From the NCBI GenBank assembly GCA_964291295.2, contig OZ219754.1, positions 576,001-640,000 of the forward strand: a DNA stretch of 64,000 nucleotides, given 5' to 3'. The translations under genes and the position numbers were made by a program. Each line of letters begins with the position of its first letter. The first letter of the stretch is position 1. The notes below the pieces were generated by a model that worked only from the letters and a program-made list of their open reading frames with translations, did no database searches and was not told the origin of the DNA. Below are positions 48,457 through 59,092 of the stretch, piece by piece. This stretch comes from an uncultured Candidatus Binatia bacterium. GTDB lineage: Bacteria; Desulfobacterota; Binatia; UBA9968; JAJDTQ01.

Positions 48457-49938
48457 TCAGGGACCGGCTTCAAGGAAGGCCCCCGCCACCGCGTCCTCGC
48501 ACACGGTGCCGGCAAAGAAGTTCGGATTCATCTCCGTGTAGAACCGGGCCGCATTGGTGAATGCGAAATCGCGGAAATCTTCGTCGGTAAGGAGCCCCCG
48601 CTCCCTCAACTCGTAAGCCTCGGGGACCACCTCCCGCATGTCGGCCACGTCCCAGTGACCCAGGTCCGAACTCATCATGGCGTTGAGCCGCGCGCCGAAC
48701 GGGTTGACCCGCGCGCTGAAGGCCCAGACCACAGTGGGGTCATCCCCCTCGCAGCCGAAAAAGAAATGCGGCACGAACAGATCCCGGATCTGCTCGGCCT
48801 CACCGATCTCGCACCGGGCCCAGTCGTCGAGGTTGTCCGGGTGTCTCAACTCGTGGGCCTTTCGGTAGTTGCCGATGGCGGAGGCGTCCGTGCCTTCGAA
48901 GAACCTGCGGATGTCCTCGAGCCGCAACCGAACCCGGTCGCTGCCGTATTCATCCACCAGCCGCAGCAACTCGTCCTTGTCAAGATTTTCCGGGTTGAGA
49001 TTCTGTATCCCTCCGGGTCCGCGCTTCGTCCAGTGGCCCACCAGGTCCGCGTACAGCACGCAGGCCCAGCCCACGCCGCATTCGAGAAAGCCCAGCCGGA
49101 TCCCGGGAAAGCGCCGGGTAACGCCGCCCATGAACAGCGACTTGCAGATGGCCTCGTTGGCCGCGGCGAAGTGGCCGATATGGTTGTACGCGTAGTTGGA
49201 GATGGACTGGCGGGTACCGATGCCCTGGGAGCCGGCATGGGAGGTGGGAACCGCCCTCAGTTCGATGCATTTGGCCCAAACCGGGTCGTAGTCGTACTCG
49301 CTGTCCAGCCCGAACGTATCGAGACGATAGGCATACCGAGCCGCTTCCGACGCAACGCCCTGTCCCCTGGGTATGGGGCGCCGCTGATGCGTGAAGACGA
49401 TGACCTTGAGCCCCAGCACGCGGACCGCGTGTTCCATCTCCTCAATGGCCTCCCACGGGTTCTGGAAAGGAATCACCGCCGCCGGGGTCATGCGGTCGGC
49501 GTAGTCCCGATAAATGTCGGCATGGAACGTGTTGAGCGCCCGGCACGCTGCCCTGCGGAGATCCTCGTCCCGGAAGACCGGCGGCCCGCCCATGCCCTCG
49601 GTGGGATACAGAACCGTGAAGTCCAGCCCCAACTCGTCCATCCGCTCGTGCAGCAGACGCGGCAGCGAGGCCGTTGCCCGGTCCAGCGTCCCTGTTGGCC
49701 GCGCCCACCACGGCGGACAACGCGTCCAGTCGTGGCGTCGCTCGCTCTCCGACATGTCGTGCCAGCGGTTGGTTCCGCGGGCCGCGGTAGCCTTCACGTA
49801 ACGGTCGACGATATCCGGGCCACCGACCTGCTTGAGATAGTCGAGGTAAACCGGCGTAAGCTCCACCGTATGTCCGTCGGAGTCGATGATCGGGTGGCCG
49901 AGCCGCGCGCGGATCTGCTGTGACCTTGAAGTCGGCAT
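48457..49938 (-). CDS. amidohydrolase_2 family protein (long type)
   Basis: IIDSDGHTVE, YDPVWAKC, GFLECGVGW, SSDLGHWDV; start reassigned to ATG 49938. Confidence 0.88.
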   Translation of the reverse strand: MPTSRSQQIRARLGHPIIDSDGHTVELTPVYLDYLKQVGGPDIVDRYVKATAARGTNRWHDMSESERRHDWTRCPPWWARPTGTLDRATASLPRLLHERMDELGLDFTVLYPTEGMGGPPVFRDEDLRRAACRALNTFHADIYRDYADRMTPAAVIPFQNPWEAIEEMEHAVRVLGLKVIVFTHQRRPIPRGQGVASEAARYAYRLDTFGLDSEYDYDPVWAKCIELRAVPTSHAGSQGIGTRQSISNYAYNHIGHFAAANEAICKSLFMGGVTRRFPGIRLGFLECGVGWACVLYADLVGHWTKRGPGGIQNLNPENLDKDELLRLVDEYGSDRVRLRLEDIRRFFEGTDASAIGNYRKAHELRHPDNLDDWARCEIGEAEQIRDLFVPHFFFGCEGDDPTVVWAFSARVNPFGARLNAMMSSDLGHWDVADMREVVPEAYELRERGLLTDEDFRDFAFTNAARFYTEMNPNFFAGTVCEDAVAGAFLEAGP

Positions 49939-50330
49939 GGGACCCCATGTTAGCCCATCGTCCGCGGTAGTCAACGTCCGCGAGCGGCATGTCAGAAGCC
50001 CATCGTCTGTCCGGTATCGCGGCACCCGAGTTGTCCGGCTCGGCAAGCATCGAGGGGGTGCCTCATGACCAGGACGCGCGTGCCGCAGGAAATCCGACAG
50101 GCGCGATTCGAGGAAGTCCACGGCGCCGGGCGCTTCCGCATCCATCCCCCGTGCAGACGACCTCGAGTTGCATGAACTCGAAATCGTCCCGTCCGGACCT
50201 CACGGAGACCTGCCCTCGCGAGCACGCGACAACACCCGCCACAAAGGACGAATTGCCTTGACGGCGGGCTGGCGAAGGCGATATGTGAGCCGTACTGTTC
50301 GGGTGGGCTTGAAGACGTCGGGCAATTCTC

Positions 50331-51251
50331 ATGTCCAACGACACCGGTGCGGAAGCAGCAACCATGACGCGGGTCGGACGCGCCGCGGGCGTCTACGTTT
50401 CGGTACGTGACTGGTTCATCCGGTTTTCGGACAACCGCATGGCCGTGGCGGGCTTCGCGTTCGTGACGTTTGTCTTCGTCGTGGCGGCCTTCGCGCCGCA
50501 GATTGCCCACCACGACCCCGACGAAGTGGACCTGACGGCACGGTTGGTGCCACTTTCCATGGACCACCCCTTCGGCACGGACACCTTCGGGCGGGACATC
50601 TTCTCGCGCGTCGTTTACGGCGCGCGCATCTCCGTCCTCGCAGGGCTCGGCTCGGTTACGCTGGCACTGGCCGCGGGGATCTTTCTCGGCGCCGTGGCGG
50701 GCTTTGCCGGACGGACCCTCGACAACGCATTGATGCGGATCATGGACGCGGTGATGGCGTTCCCGGGACTGCTGCTGGCCATTGCGCTGATGTCCGCCCT
50801 GGGTGCCTCCCTCACCAACGTGTGCATCGCGCTGGCCATTCGCTACACCCCCAACTTCGCCCGCCTGGTCCGTGCCTCCGTACTCAAGGAACGGGAGAAG
50901 GAGTACGTGGAAGCGGCCATGGTCCAGGGCGAATCGGATTTTCGAATCCTGTTCCGTCAGATCCTGCCCAACTGCATGGCGCCGGTTCTGGTCCAGGCCA
51001 CCCTCGATTTCGCCCACGCCATCATTGCCGAGGCGTCATTGAGCTTCTTGGGCATCGGCGTGCCGCCACCCACACCGAGCTGGGGCAGCATCCTGCATGC
51101 CGCGCGCTCCACCATGGAGTTCTATCCCTGGGCCGCCATCTTCCCGGGTCTCGCCATCTGCTTTTCCGTGCTGGGTCTCAACCTTCTCGGGGACGGCCTT
51201 CGCGATGTGCTGGATCCGCGCTTGAGCGAGGAAAGGTCCGGCCGTGCCTGA
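50331..51251 (+). CDS. peptide/nickel-type ABC transporter permease (DppC/OppC-like)
   Basis: HPFGTDTFGRD, EYVEAA, AEASLSFLGIG, NLLGDGLRDVLDPR. Confidence 0.95.
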   Translation: MSNDTGAEAATMTRVGRAAGVYVSVRDWFIRFSDNRMAVAGFAFVTFVFVVAAFAPQIAHHDPDEVDLTARLVPLSMDHPFGTDTFGRDIFSRVVYGARISVLAGLGSVTLALAAGIFLGAVAGFAGRTLDNALMRIMDAVMAFPGLLLAIALMSALGASLTNVCIALAIRYTPNFARLVRASVLKEREKEYVEAAMVQGESDFRILFRQILPNCMAPVLVQATLDFAHAIIAEASLSFLGIGVPPPTPSWGSILHAARSTMEFYPWAAIFPGLAICFSVLGLNLLGDGLRDVLDPRLSEERSGRA

Positions 51252-52212
51252 GCCTCTTCTGGACGTCCGGGAACTCGAGACTCGCTTCTTTCTCCGCAAG
51301 GGGATCCTCACGGCCGTGGACCGGGTCTCATTCCAACTCGAAGAGAGACAGACGCTGGGCATCGTGGGCGAGACCGGCTCGGGGAAGAGCGTGCTGGCCC
51401 TTTCCCTCATGCGGCTCATAGCCCAGCCTCCCGGCAGGATCACCAACGGGCAGATTCTTTTCAAGGGCGAAGACCTGCTGGCCAAGACCGAGGCGGAGAT
51501 GCGTTCCTACCGTGGCAGCCGCATCTCCATGATCTTCCAGGAACCCATGGTGGCATTGAACCCTGCGTACACGGTCGGCGACCAGGTGGCGGAGGGATAC
51601 GTCGTCCACGAAAAGCTGGGAAAGAAAGAGGCCTACGCAAGGGCGGAGGACATGCTCCACAAGGTGGGCATCCCCAGTCCCGGGGAACGCCTCGACAGCT
51701 ATCCTCACGAATTCAGCGGCGGCATGCGCCAGCGCGTCATGATCGCCATGGCGCTGGCGTGCAATCCCGACCTGTTGATCGCCGACGAGCCCACCACCGC
51801 CCTGGACGTGACCATCCAGGCTCAGATCCTCGACCTCCTGCGGGGACTGTTGGAGCAGTTGGGCAAGTCGCTGATCTTCATTACCCACGATCTCGGTGTG
51901 GCCGCCGTGCTGTGCGACCACATCGCGGTGATGTATGCCGGCAACATCGTGGAACTGGCGGACCGGAAGTCCATCTTCGAAAACCCCCTGCATCCCTACA
52001 CCCAGGGGCTGCTGCGGGCGCTGCCGCGCCGGGGCGAACGCGACCGGCTGCTGGATCCCATACCGGGGGTCGTGTGCAACCTGCTGGATCCGCCCCAAGG
52101 CTGCAACTTCCGGCCCCGGTGCGATCAGGCGATGGAGGTATGCGGTCGCGAGGATCCACGGCTCACTCCGGCCAAGGCCAGACAGGTGGCCTGTCATCTC
52201 CACACCGCTTGA
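51244..52212 (+). CDS. ABC transporter ATP-binding protein (DppD/OppD-like)
   Basis: [33 protein letters not shown]. Confidence 0.95.
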   Translation: MPEPLLDVRELETRFFLRKGILTAVDRVSFQLEERQTLGIVGETGSGKSVLALSLMRLIAQPPGRITNGQILFKGEDLLAKTEAEMRSYRGSRISMIFQEPMVALNPAYTVGDQVAEGYVVHEKLGKKEAYARAEDMLHKVGIPSPGERLDSYPHEFSGGMRQRVMIAMALACNPDLLIADEPTTALDVTIQAQILDLLRGLLEQLGKSLIFITHDLGVAAVLCDHIAVMYAGNIVELADRKSIFENPLHPYTQGLLRALPRRGERDRLLDPIPGVVCNLLDPPQGCNFRPRCDQAMEVCGREDPRLTPAKARQVACHLHTA

Positions 52213-52219
52213 GGACGAC

Positions 52220-53191
52220 GTGCGGGAAGAGATCCTAAGAGTTGACGACCTCGCGAAGTATTTCTCCCTGACTTCATTCTTCTCGCTGTTCGGCGGCAGC
52301 GGCGCGGAACTCAAGGCGGTGGACGGGGTCAGCTTCTCCATCGACAAGGGCGAGACGTTTGGTCTGGTGGGTGAAAGCGGCAGCGGCAAGTCCACCACCG
52401 CCCGGTTGATTACCCGGCTCCTGGACGCCACCCGGGGCAGGGTGCATTTTGATGGACAGGAGATCCTGGGGATGCACCGTTCCGTGTTTCACAAGTACCG
52501 CCGACGCATCCAGATGGTTTTTCAGGACCCCTACACGTCCCTGAATCCCCGCATGCGGATCCGGGATATCCTCGGCAACCCGCTCAAGCTCCACGACATT
52601 GTTCCCGCCAGACAGGTACCGGACCGGGTGGTGGAGTTGTTGGAGCTCGTCGGCCTCCAGGCGGAGCACCGGGATCGCTATCCCCACGAGTTCAGCGGCG
52701 GACAGCGCCAGCGGATCAGCATCGCCCGCGCCATGGCGCTGGAACCCGACATCATCATCGCCGACGAAGCGGTTTCGGCCCTGGACGTGTCGGTGCGCGC
52801 GCAGATCCTCAACCTGTTCCGCCGGCTGCAACAGACCAAGGGGTTGACATACCTGTTCATCGCCCATGACCTCAGCGTGGTGGATTATTTCTGTGAGCGG
52901 GTCGCGGTCATGTACGGCGGCAAAATCGTCGAGGTGGGCGCGGTCGAGGAGCTGTTCCACAAGCCGGCGCACCCCTACACGGAAGCGCTGGTTTCGGCCA
53001 TCCCCGAACCCGACCCCCATCGCGAGTTTCGCCCCCGGGTACTGGCGGGGGAGATGGTGAACCTGATCGACCGCCCCCCGGGGTGCGTATTCCACGGACG
53101 CTGCCCCATCGCCGAGCCGGTGTGCGCCGAGGTGGAGCCGCCGCTGGAGAGAACGGCCGGAGGACGCCAGGTAGCGTGCCATATGCGCTGA
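52220..53191 (+). CDS. ABC transporter ATP-binding protein (DppF/OppF-like)
   Basis: [31 protein letters not shown]; GTG 52220 start. Confidence 0.95.
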   Translation: MREEILRVDDLAKYFSLTSFFSLFGGSGAELKAVDGVSFSIDKGETFGLVGESGSGKSTTARLITRLLDATRGRVHFDGQEILGMHRSVFHKYRRRIQMVFQDPYTSLNPRMRIRDILGNPLKLHDIVPARQVPDRVVELLELVGLQAEHRDRYPHEFSGGQRQRISIARAMALEPDIIIADEAVSALDVSVRAQILNLFRRLQQTKGLTYLFIAHDLSVVDYFCERVAVMYGGKIVEVGAVEELFHKPAHPYTEALVSAIPEPDPHREFRPRVLAGEMVNLIDRPPGCVFHGRCPIAEPVCAEVEPPLERTAGGRQVACHMR

Positions 53192-53215
53192 CTGCATGTA
53201 GAAGGACGGACTGCA

Positions 53216-54166
53216 TTGCGCCAGTACATCATGAATCGCCTGCTGATCCTGATCCCGGTGCTCTTCCTGGTGTCGGTGATCGTCTTCTCTCTGCTGCATC
53301 TGATCCCGGGTGACCCGGTGGACTACATTTTCGCGGAAGAGGACCTTGATGACCCTTCCACGCGCGCCTACTTCGAGAAATTCCTGGGTCTCGACAAACC
53401 GCTGTACGTGCAGTACCTGGCATGGATCGGAAAGGTCCTGGTAGGCGACTTCGGCGAATCGATCCACTATCACAGGTCGAATCTCGCCTTGATCGCCGAA
53501 CGTTTCCCGGCCACCATCCTGCTGACCCTCGTCTCCACCCTCGTATCCATCCTGATCGCCATCCCCGCCGGGGTCATCGCCGCCATCCGGCGCAATACCG
53601 CCAGCGACTACACCGCCATGTCGTTCGCGCTGCTGGGCATCTCGATTCCCAATTTCTGGCTCGGCATCCTGCTGATCCTCGCCTTCAGCCTGTACATCCC
53701 CATCCTTCCTTCGTCCGGATACGAAGCCTCCTTCAGCGCTCCGTTGACGACGTTATCGTATCTGATACTTCCCTCCATCACACTGGGTACGGGCATGGCG
53801 GCAATCGTGGCGCGCATGACCCGCTCGGAGATGCTGGAGGAAATCGGCAAGGAATACGTGCGAACGGCGCGAGCCAAGGGCTTGGCCGAGAGGCGGGTGA
53901 TCTTCAAGCATACGCTCAAGAACGCACTGGTGCCGGTCGTTACGGTCATCGGCCTTCAGTTCGGTCGGCTGCTCGGTGGCACCGTCATCGTCGAGCACGT
54001 GTTCGCCTGGCCCGGCGTGGGCAGCCTGGTGGTGGGTGCGGTCTACAGTCGGGACTATCCGCTGGTACAGGCCCTCATCCTGATCTTCGCAGTGATCTTC
54101 GTGGCAGTGAACTTCTTCGTGGACATTCTCTACAAGTATGCCAATCCCAGGATCAAGCTGGACTGA
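53216..54166 (+). CDS. ABC transporter permease (DppB/OppB-like)
   Basis: PGDPV, GLDKPL, YVRTARAKGL, VFAWPGVG, RDYPLVQ. Confidence 0.95.
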   Translation: MRQYIMNRLLILIPVLFLVSVIVFSLLHLIPGDPVDYIFAEEDLDDPSTRAYFEKFLGLDKPLYVQYLAWIGKVLVGDFGESIHYHRSNLALIAERFPATILLTLVSTLVSILIAIPAGVIAAIRRNTASDYTAMSFALLGISIPNFWLGILLILAFSLYIPILPSSGYEASFSAPLTTLSYLILPSITLGTGMAAIVARMTRSEMLEEIGKEYVRTARAKGLAERRVIFKHTLKNALVPVVTVIGLQFGRLLGGTVIVEHVFAWPGVGSLVVGAVYSRDYPLVQALILIFAVIFVAVNFFVDILYKYANPRIKLD

Positions 54167-54318
54167 TGGCATCGACGATCCAACGCACCCGACCTGCAGG
54201 CACCGTTCCTGGCCGCCCGAAACGGGCAGAACGGGTGTTTGACGCGCAGGGCCAAATGTGTGATGTGACGGTTTTCCCGTACTCGAAAGCCAAGGGACGC
54301 AAACAAAGGAGGAACCAC

Positions 54319-55869
54319 ATGAATACGAAGCTTTCGCTCTCGTTGGCCGCCTTGCTGCTGGCACTCGGCTTGGCCGCACCCGATGAAGGGGCCGCCCAGA
54401 AGTACGGCGGAACCCTGAATCTCGGCATGTACGCGGACCTGCATACGCCGGATCTGCATCGCACCGTCGGCAACCCCACCGCTCAGATGGGCATCCTCGT
54501 GGCCGAGAGCCTGGTGGATTACGACGAGAAGTGCGACATCGTGCCGGGTCTGGCGGAGTCCTGGGACGTCACTCCCGACGGCAAGGCCTATACGTTCAAC
54601 CTGCGCAAGGGCGTCCTGTTCCACAACGGCAAGGAGTTGACGGCCGAGGATGTCAGGAAGAACTACGCGCACTTCCTGGACAAGAAGACCAAATCCCCGC
54701 GGCGTGGCAACTTCAACTCCATCAAGGACATGGAAGTCCTCGACAAGTACCGGATCAAGTTCACGCTCGACAGGCGGGATGCCGGTTTCCTCGTGAAATT
54801 CCGTCCGCTGGTGGCGTTCATTACCCACTCGGACAGCTTCGAGTCCAAGCCGCCGAAACCCATCGGCACAGGCGCGTTCGAATTCGTGGAGTGGAAACCC
54901 AAGCAGTACGTGAAGTTGAAACGCTTCAAGAACTATTGGAAAAAGGACGCCAAGGGGAACTCGCTTCCTTACGTGGACGAGGTCATCCTGCGGCCCATCA
55001 CCGACGCCACCGTGCGGTACACGGCACTGAGAACCGGTGACGTCGACTGGGTATGGACGGTGCCATTCGAGCAGTTGCAGACAATCCAGGCGAAACCGCC
55101 CAAGGGCATCACACCTTCGTTCAAGCCCGGCGCGCGCTGGTTCTACCTGAACCTGAACCTCTCGAAGGGTCCCCTCAAGGACATTCGCCTGCGCCAGGCC
55201 CTCGCCTACGCCATCGACAAGAAGGCGCTGATGGACGGCATCACCTGGGGCATTGCGACACCGGAGGCACAGGCGTACTACCCGGGCTCCACCTGGCACT
55301 TCAAGGACGTCGCGGATCCCTACGCCGAGGCGAATCTGGACAAGGCCAGGGCGTTGATGAAGGAGGCGGGCTACGAAAAGGGCGTCGACCTCGTTACCAT
55401 CGTCCGCAACGAAACCGTCATCCTGAATCTGTCCACGCTGGCGCAGGCGCAACTCAAGAAGGTCGGTATCAACCTGAAGTTCCAGGTGATGGACCGCGCC
55501 GCGCACCGGAAACGGCAGGGCAAGGGTGAGTTCGACGTCAACCCCGGCCATCTCACCTACGTCCCGGACCCCGACGGCCTGTACTACCGGTTCTTCCGCA
55601 AGGGCCAGCGGAACAACTACGCGAAGTGGGACAACGCCGAGTACAACAAACTCGTGGATGAAGGGCGCGCGACCGCGGACAACACCAAGCGCAGGGGCAT
55701 CTACCGCAAGGCCGTCGACCTGATCAACCAGGACCTGCCCCATCTGTTCCTGGGCCATCTTCCGATCTTTCAGGCGGCCCGTACGCACCTCAAGAGCATG
55801 AACACCAACTGCCGCGGCGACGTGCGTTGGTCGGACGGCGGCGTGACTCATGCCTGGCTGGAACAATAG
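54319..55869 (+). CDS. family 5 extracellular solute-binding protein
   Basis: AGGAGG RBS, signal peptide, PGLAESW, YTFNLRKGVLFHNG, PIGTGAF, RQALAYAID. Confidence 0.95.
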   Translation: MNTKLSLSLAALLLALGLAAPDEGAAQKYGGTLNLGMYADLHTPDLHRTVGNPTAQMGILVAESLVDYDEKCDIVPGLAESWDVTPDGKAYTFNLRKGVLFHNGKELTAEDVRKNYAHFLDKKTKSPRRGNFNSIKDMEVLDKYRIKFTLDRRDAGFLVKFRPLVAFITHSDSFESKPPKPIGTGAFEFVEWKPKQYVKLKRFKNYWKKDAKGNSLPYVDEVILRPITDATVRYTALRTGDVDWVWTVPFEQLQTIQAKPPKGITPSFKPGARWFYLNLNLSKGPLKDIRLRQALAYAIDKKALMDGITWGIATPEAQAYYPGSTWHFKDVADPYAEANLDKARALMKEAGYEKGVDLVTIVRNETVILNLSTLAQAQLKKVGINLKFQVMDRAAHRKRQGKGEFDVNPGHLTYVPDPDGLYYRFFRKGQRNNYAKWDNAEYNKLVDEGRATADNTKRRGIYRKAVDLINQDLPHLFLGHLPIFQAARTHLKSMNTNCRGDVRWSDGGVTHAWLEQ

Positions 55870-56102
55870 GAACGGTTATCGGAAGTTCGCGTTGGAGCCT
55901 TCGGGCACCGACGCGAACCGGGCCACCAGGGACCCATGGAAGCACCAGGGTCCGGCATCGCCGAGGGTCCGGCCGGCTTTCGCCATCCGGGCCTTCAAGA
56001 CCACCCGGGAGCCTGCTGGACGACGAGGGTGCAGGGCCGGTTGCAGACCGGCCGCCCCCTTGTCGCGAGTGACCGCTACCGGCTCCCGGCGAGGGCAGCC
56101 TC

Positions 56103-57089
56103 ATGGAAACGCCAACCCTGTTCAACAGTCCCGACAAGTTCGAGAGCAGGTTCGTGACCGCCGACGGCTACCGCACCCACTACATCGAGGCGGGCAAGGA
56201 CAATCCCGACAGCCTGCTGCTGGTTCATGGCGGCGGCATCGACATCGGCATGGACCTGTACCGTTGGTACCCGGTGGTGCTGCCGCTGGCCGAGCACTTT
56301 CACGTCTTCGCCATCGACGAGTTGGGTCACGGTGAGACCGACCCGCCGCGGGATACCAGGGACCTCTGGCGGCCCATCGTGCGCGCGGAGCACGTCATCC
56401 GCTTCATCGAAACCATGGGGCTGGGGCCGGTCCACCTGATGGGCCAGTCCACAGGTGGCTGGATCGTCACCTACATCACCCTCAAGCGGCCGGATCTGGT
56501 GAAGAAACTGGTTCTCATCGACAGCGGCAGCACCGCCGGCTCGGCCCTCGACACCGGAGAAGAGTCCGACGCTCCCAGGCAGGTGGAGGTGGACGGCGCC
56601 ATGGTGCAGGTGAAGGACGGTGTCCTGCCCTACATGAAGGAGGTCTTCGAAGAAGGCACCATGCATCCCAAGGAAGGCCTCACCAACACCCGCGAAGGCA
56701 TCCGGAAGTTCGTCGGCACCTACATCTACGCCAAGGACATGGTCACCGACGAATGGGTCGAGCATCTCTACAAGTTCGCCCGGAAATGGAACGACCTCTA
56801 CTTCACCCACAAGGGCAAGGCGTTCTGGGACCACACCAACATGAAAGAGCACTCCAGGGAGTTCTACGTGGACGGGGTGCACATCCGGGACCGAGTCCAC
56901 GAGATCCGCACCCCGACCCTGGTTATCTGGGCCAAGAACTCCAACAAGGGAGTCGACCCCGGCCTTGCCTTGTACAAGCGCATCCCCGACGCTCAACTCC
57001 ATATCTTCGACAAGGCCAACCACTTCCTGTGGCTGGACCACCCGAGGGATTTCGTCAGCCTGGTAACCTGGTATCTCTCCAGGAGTTGA
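56103..57089 (+). CDS. alpha/beta hydrolase, paralogue 4
   Basis: HGG, GQSTGG, DKANHF. Confidence 0.9.
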   Translation: METPTLFNSPDKFESRFVTADGYRTHYIEAGKDNPDSLLLVHGGGIDIGMDLYRWYPVVLPLAEHFHVFAIDELGHGETDPPRDTRDLWRPIVRAEHVIRFIETMGLGPVHLMGQSTGGWIVTYITLKRPDLVKKLVLIDSGSTAGSALDTGEESDAPRQVEVDGAMVQVKDGVLPYMKEVFEEGTMHPKEGLTNTREGIRKFVGTYIYAKDMVTDEWVEHLYKFARKWNDLYFTHKGKAFWDHTNMKEHSREFYVDGVHIRDRVHEIRTPTLVIWAKNSNKGVDPGLALYKRIPDAQLHIFDKANHFLWLDHPRDFVSLVTWYLSRS

Positions 57090-57132
57090 CGGCGGAGAGA
57101 GACCCGCGGCACGAATCGCACAGGAGGAATCC

Positions 57133-58146
57133 ATGGAGACCCTGTTCAACAGTCCCGACAAGTTCGAGAGCAAGTTCGTGACCGCCGACGGTTACCGGAC
57201 TCACTACGTGGAAGCCGGCGACAAGGATGCGGACCGGCTGCTGCTGGTGCACGGCGGCTCCATCGAGGTGGGCATGGGCCTCTACCGATGGTATCCCAAC
57301 GTCATTCCATTGTCCGAGCACTTCCACGTCTTCGCCATCGACGAACTGGGACATGGCGACACGGATGCGCCCCGGGACCTCGACATGCTGGGACATGTGC
57401 GGGTGCGCGCCGAGCATGTCATCCGCTTCATCGAAGCGCTGGACATCGGCCCCATCAACCTGGCTGGCCAGTCACAGGGCGGCTGGATCGTCACCTACAT
57501 CACCCTCAAGCGGCCGGACCTGGTGAAAAAGCTCATCCTGATCGACAGCGGCAGCACGGCGGGCTCGGCCCTCAAGACCGAGAATGACACCGAGCCCCGG
57601 GATTTCGTCGAGATCGACGGCGTGAAGACGCCCGTTGGCAGCGGCGAATTGCCCTATTTCAAGGAAGTGTTCGAGCCCAACAGCATGATGCCCAAGGAGG
57701 GTTTGACCGATACCCGGGAAGGGCTGCGGAAGTACGCCAGTGTCTTCTTCTACAACAAGTCCATGGTGTCGGAGGAGTTCCTGGACTACCTCATGGAACT
57801 CTCCCGGAAGTGGAACAAGCTCTACATGGACCACAAGGGAAAGGAGTACTGGGGCGACCGGGGCCTCATGGGTCACTCGGACATGTACAGCTTCGATGGC
57901 AAGCACATCCGGGACCACGTCCAGGACATCCGCCGGCCCACGCTCGTGGTATGGGGCAAGAATTCCAACAAGGGCGTCGATCCCGGACTGTCATTGTACA
58001 AGCGCATCCCCGACGCCCAAATGCACGTGTTCGACAAGGCCAACCACTTCCTGTGGCTGGACCAGTGGCAGGAGTTCAACAGCCTGGTCACGTGGTTCCT
58101 GACCAAGGACCAGACGAAAGGATCCTCATGGAAGTCTTCAACGTAA
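57133..58146 (+). CDS. alpha/beta hydrolase, paralogue 5
   Basis: AGGAGG RBS; HGG, GQSQGG, DKANHF. Confidence 0.9.
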   Translation: METLFNSPDKFESKFVTADGYRTHYVEAGDKDADRLLLVHGGSIEVGMGLYRWYPNVIPLSEHFHVFAIDELGHGDTDAPRDLDMLGHVRVRAEHVIRFIEALDIGPINLAGQSQGGWIVTYITLKRPDLVKKLILIDSGSTAGSALKTENDTEPRDFVEIDGVKTPVGSGELPYFKEVFEPNSMMPKEGLTDTREGLRKYASVFFYNKSMVSEEFLDYLMELSRKWNKLYMDHKGKEYWGDRGLMGHSDMYSFDGKHIRDHVQDIRRPTLVVWGKNSNKGVDPGLSLYKRIPDAQMHVFDKANHFLWLDQWQEFNSLVTWFLTKDQTKGSSWKSST

Positions 58147-58511
58147 GGGACGTCGGCAAGTTCTCGGACCAGAATCCCGATCAGCCCTACTCGGAACGCG
58201 CCGAGGGCGGCTACATCCGGAACCGGGTCATCTCCAACGAAAAGTGTTCCGTCACCATCGCCTGTTTTCGCGACGGCGAAACCCCCGGAGAGGACCTGCA
58301 CAGCCATCCCGGCGCTGCCGAGATCTACTACGTGGTGGAGGGCAAGTGCGTGGGCATCGACAGCCAGCGCAACGAACAACTCTGCGGGCCGGGCTCGGTG
58401 TTGTATTTCGAAGCCGGCGAGCCCCACAACATCCACTCCGCGCCGGGCAGCGACGCCTTGGTGTACCGAGTCCAGGTCGGCGCGGACCGTAGCGTCAAGC
58501 GACCCGCGTAG
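58128..58511 (+). CDS. cupin domain protein
   Basis: HSHPGAAEIYYVVEG...GSVLYFEAGEPH; ATG 58128 overlaps the hydrolase end. Confidence 0.85.
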   Translation: MEVFNVRDVGKFSDQNPDQPYSERAEGGYIRNRVISNEKCSVTIACFRDGETPGEDLHSHPGAAEIYYVVEGKCVGIDSQRNEQLCGPGSVLYFEAGEPHNIHSAPGSDALVYRVQVGADRSVKRPA

Positions 58512-58620
58512 CCGGGAGGAGTGGGCCTGGAAACACCCCCCGGCACCCTTCCCGAGCCCCGGGGTCCCGCTTTCGGATAAACGACGTTTGCGGGCGTGCG
58601 CGAAGCCCATTGCTGCAATC

Positions 58621-59067
58621 ATGCCGATCCGGGTACTGGAACTGCACCACCACGGCATCCGCATGGCACCTACCGTGGATGCCATGGCCAAGGCCCGGCG
58701 CTTCTACGTGGACGTGCTGGGCATCCCCGTCGATTCCGGTCGGCCCGACATCCCCGGCGTGCCGGGGTTTTGGCTGGACGTCGGCGAGCCCCCGCATTCC
58801 GCCCAGATCCATCTCATGGGCGCCACGGGAAAGTCGCCGCCCGCGCGCAGCGACACGGAAGACCCGACCCTCCCCCACGTAGCGCTCGCGGTTGAAGACA
58901 TCGCCGAAACGCGCCGGGAGTTGGATGCGCACGGGGTTGCCTACTGGCAAGTCCACGGCCTTGTGGGCGCCGACTCGCAACAGATATTCCTCCGGGACCC
59001 CTTCGGCAACATGATCGAACTGCACCAAGTTGGCACCTGTCGCTGCAATCAGGCCGCCCGCGGGTAA
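58621..59067 (+). CDS. VOC/glyoxalase family protein
   Basis: LHHHGI, ARRFYVDVLG, HVALAVED, FLRDPFGNMIEL. Confidence 0.9.
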   Translation: MPIRVLELHHHGIRMAPTVDAMAKARRFYVDVLGIPVDSGRPDIPGVPGFWLDVGEPPHSAQIHLMGATGKSPPARSDTEDPTLPHVALAVEDIAETRRELDAHGVAYWQVHGLVGADSQQIFLRDPFGNMIELHQVGTCRCNQAARG

Positions 59068-59092
59068 CGCCGGTGCCCTGTCACACACGTCC

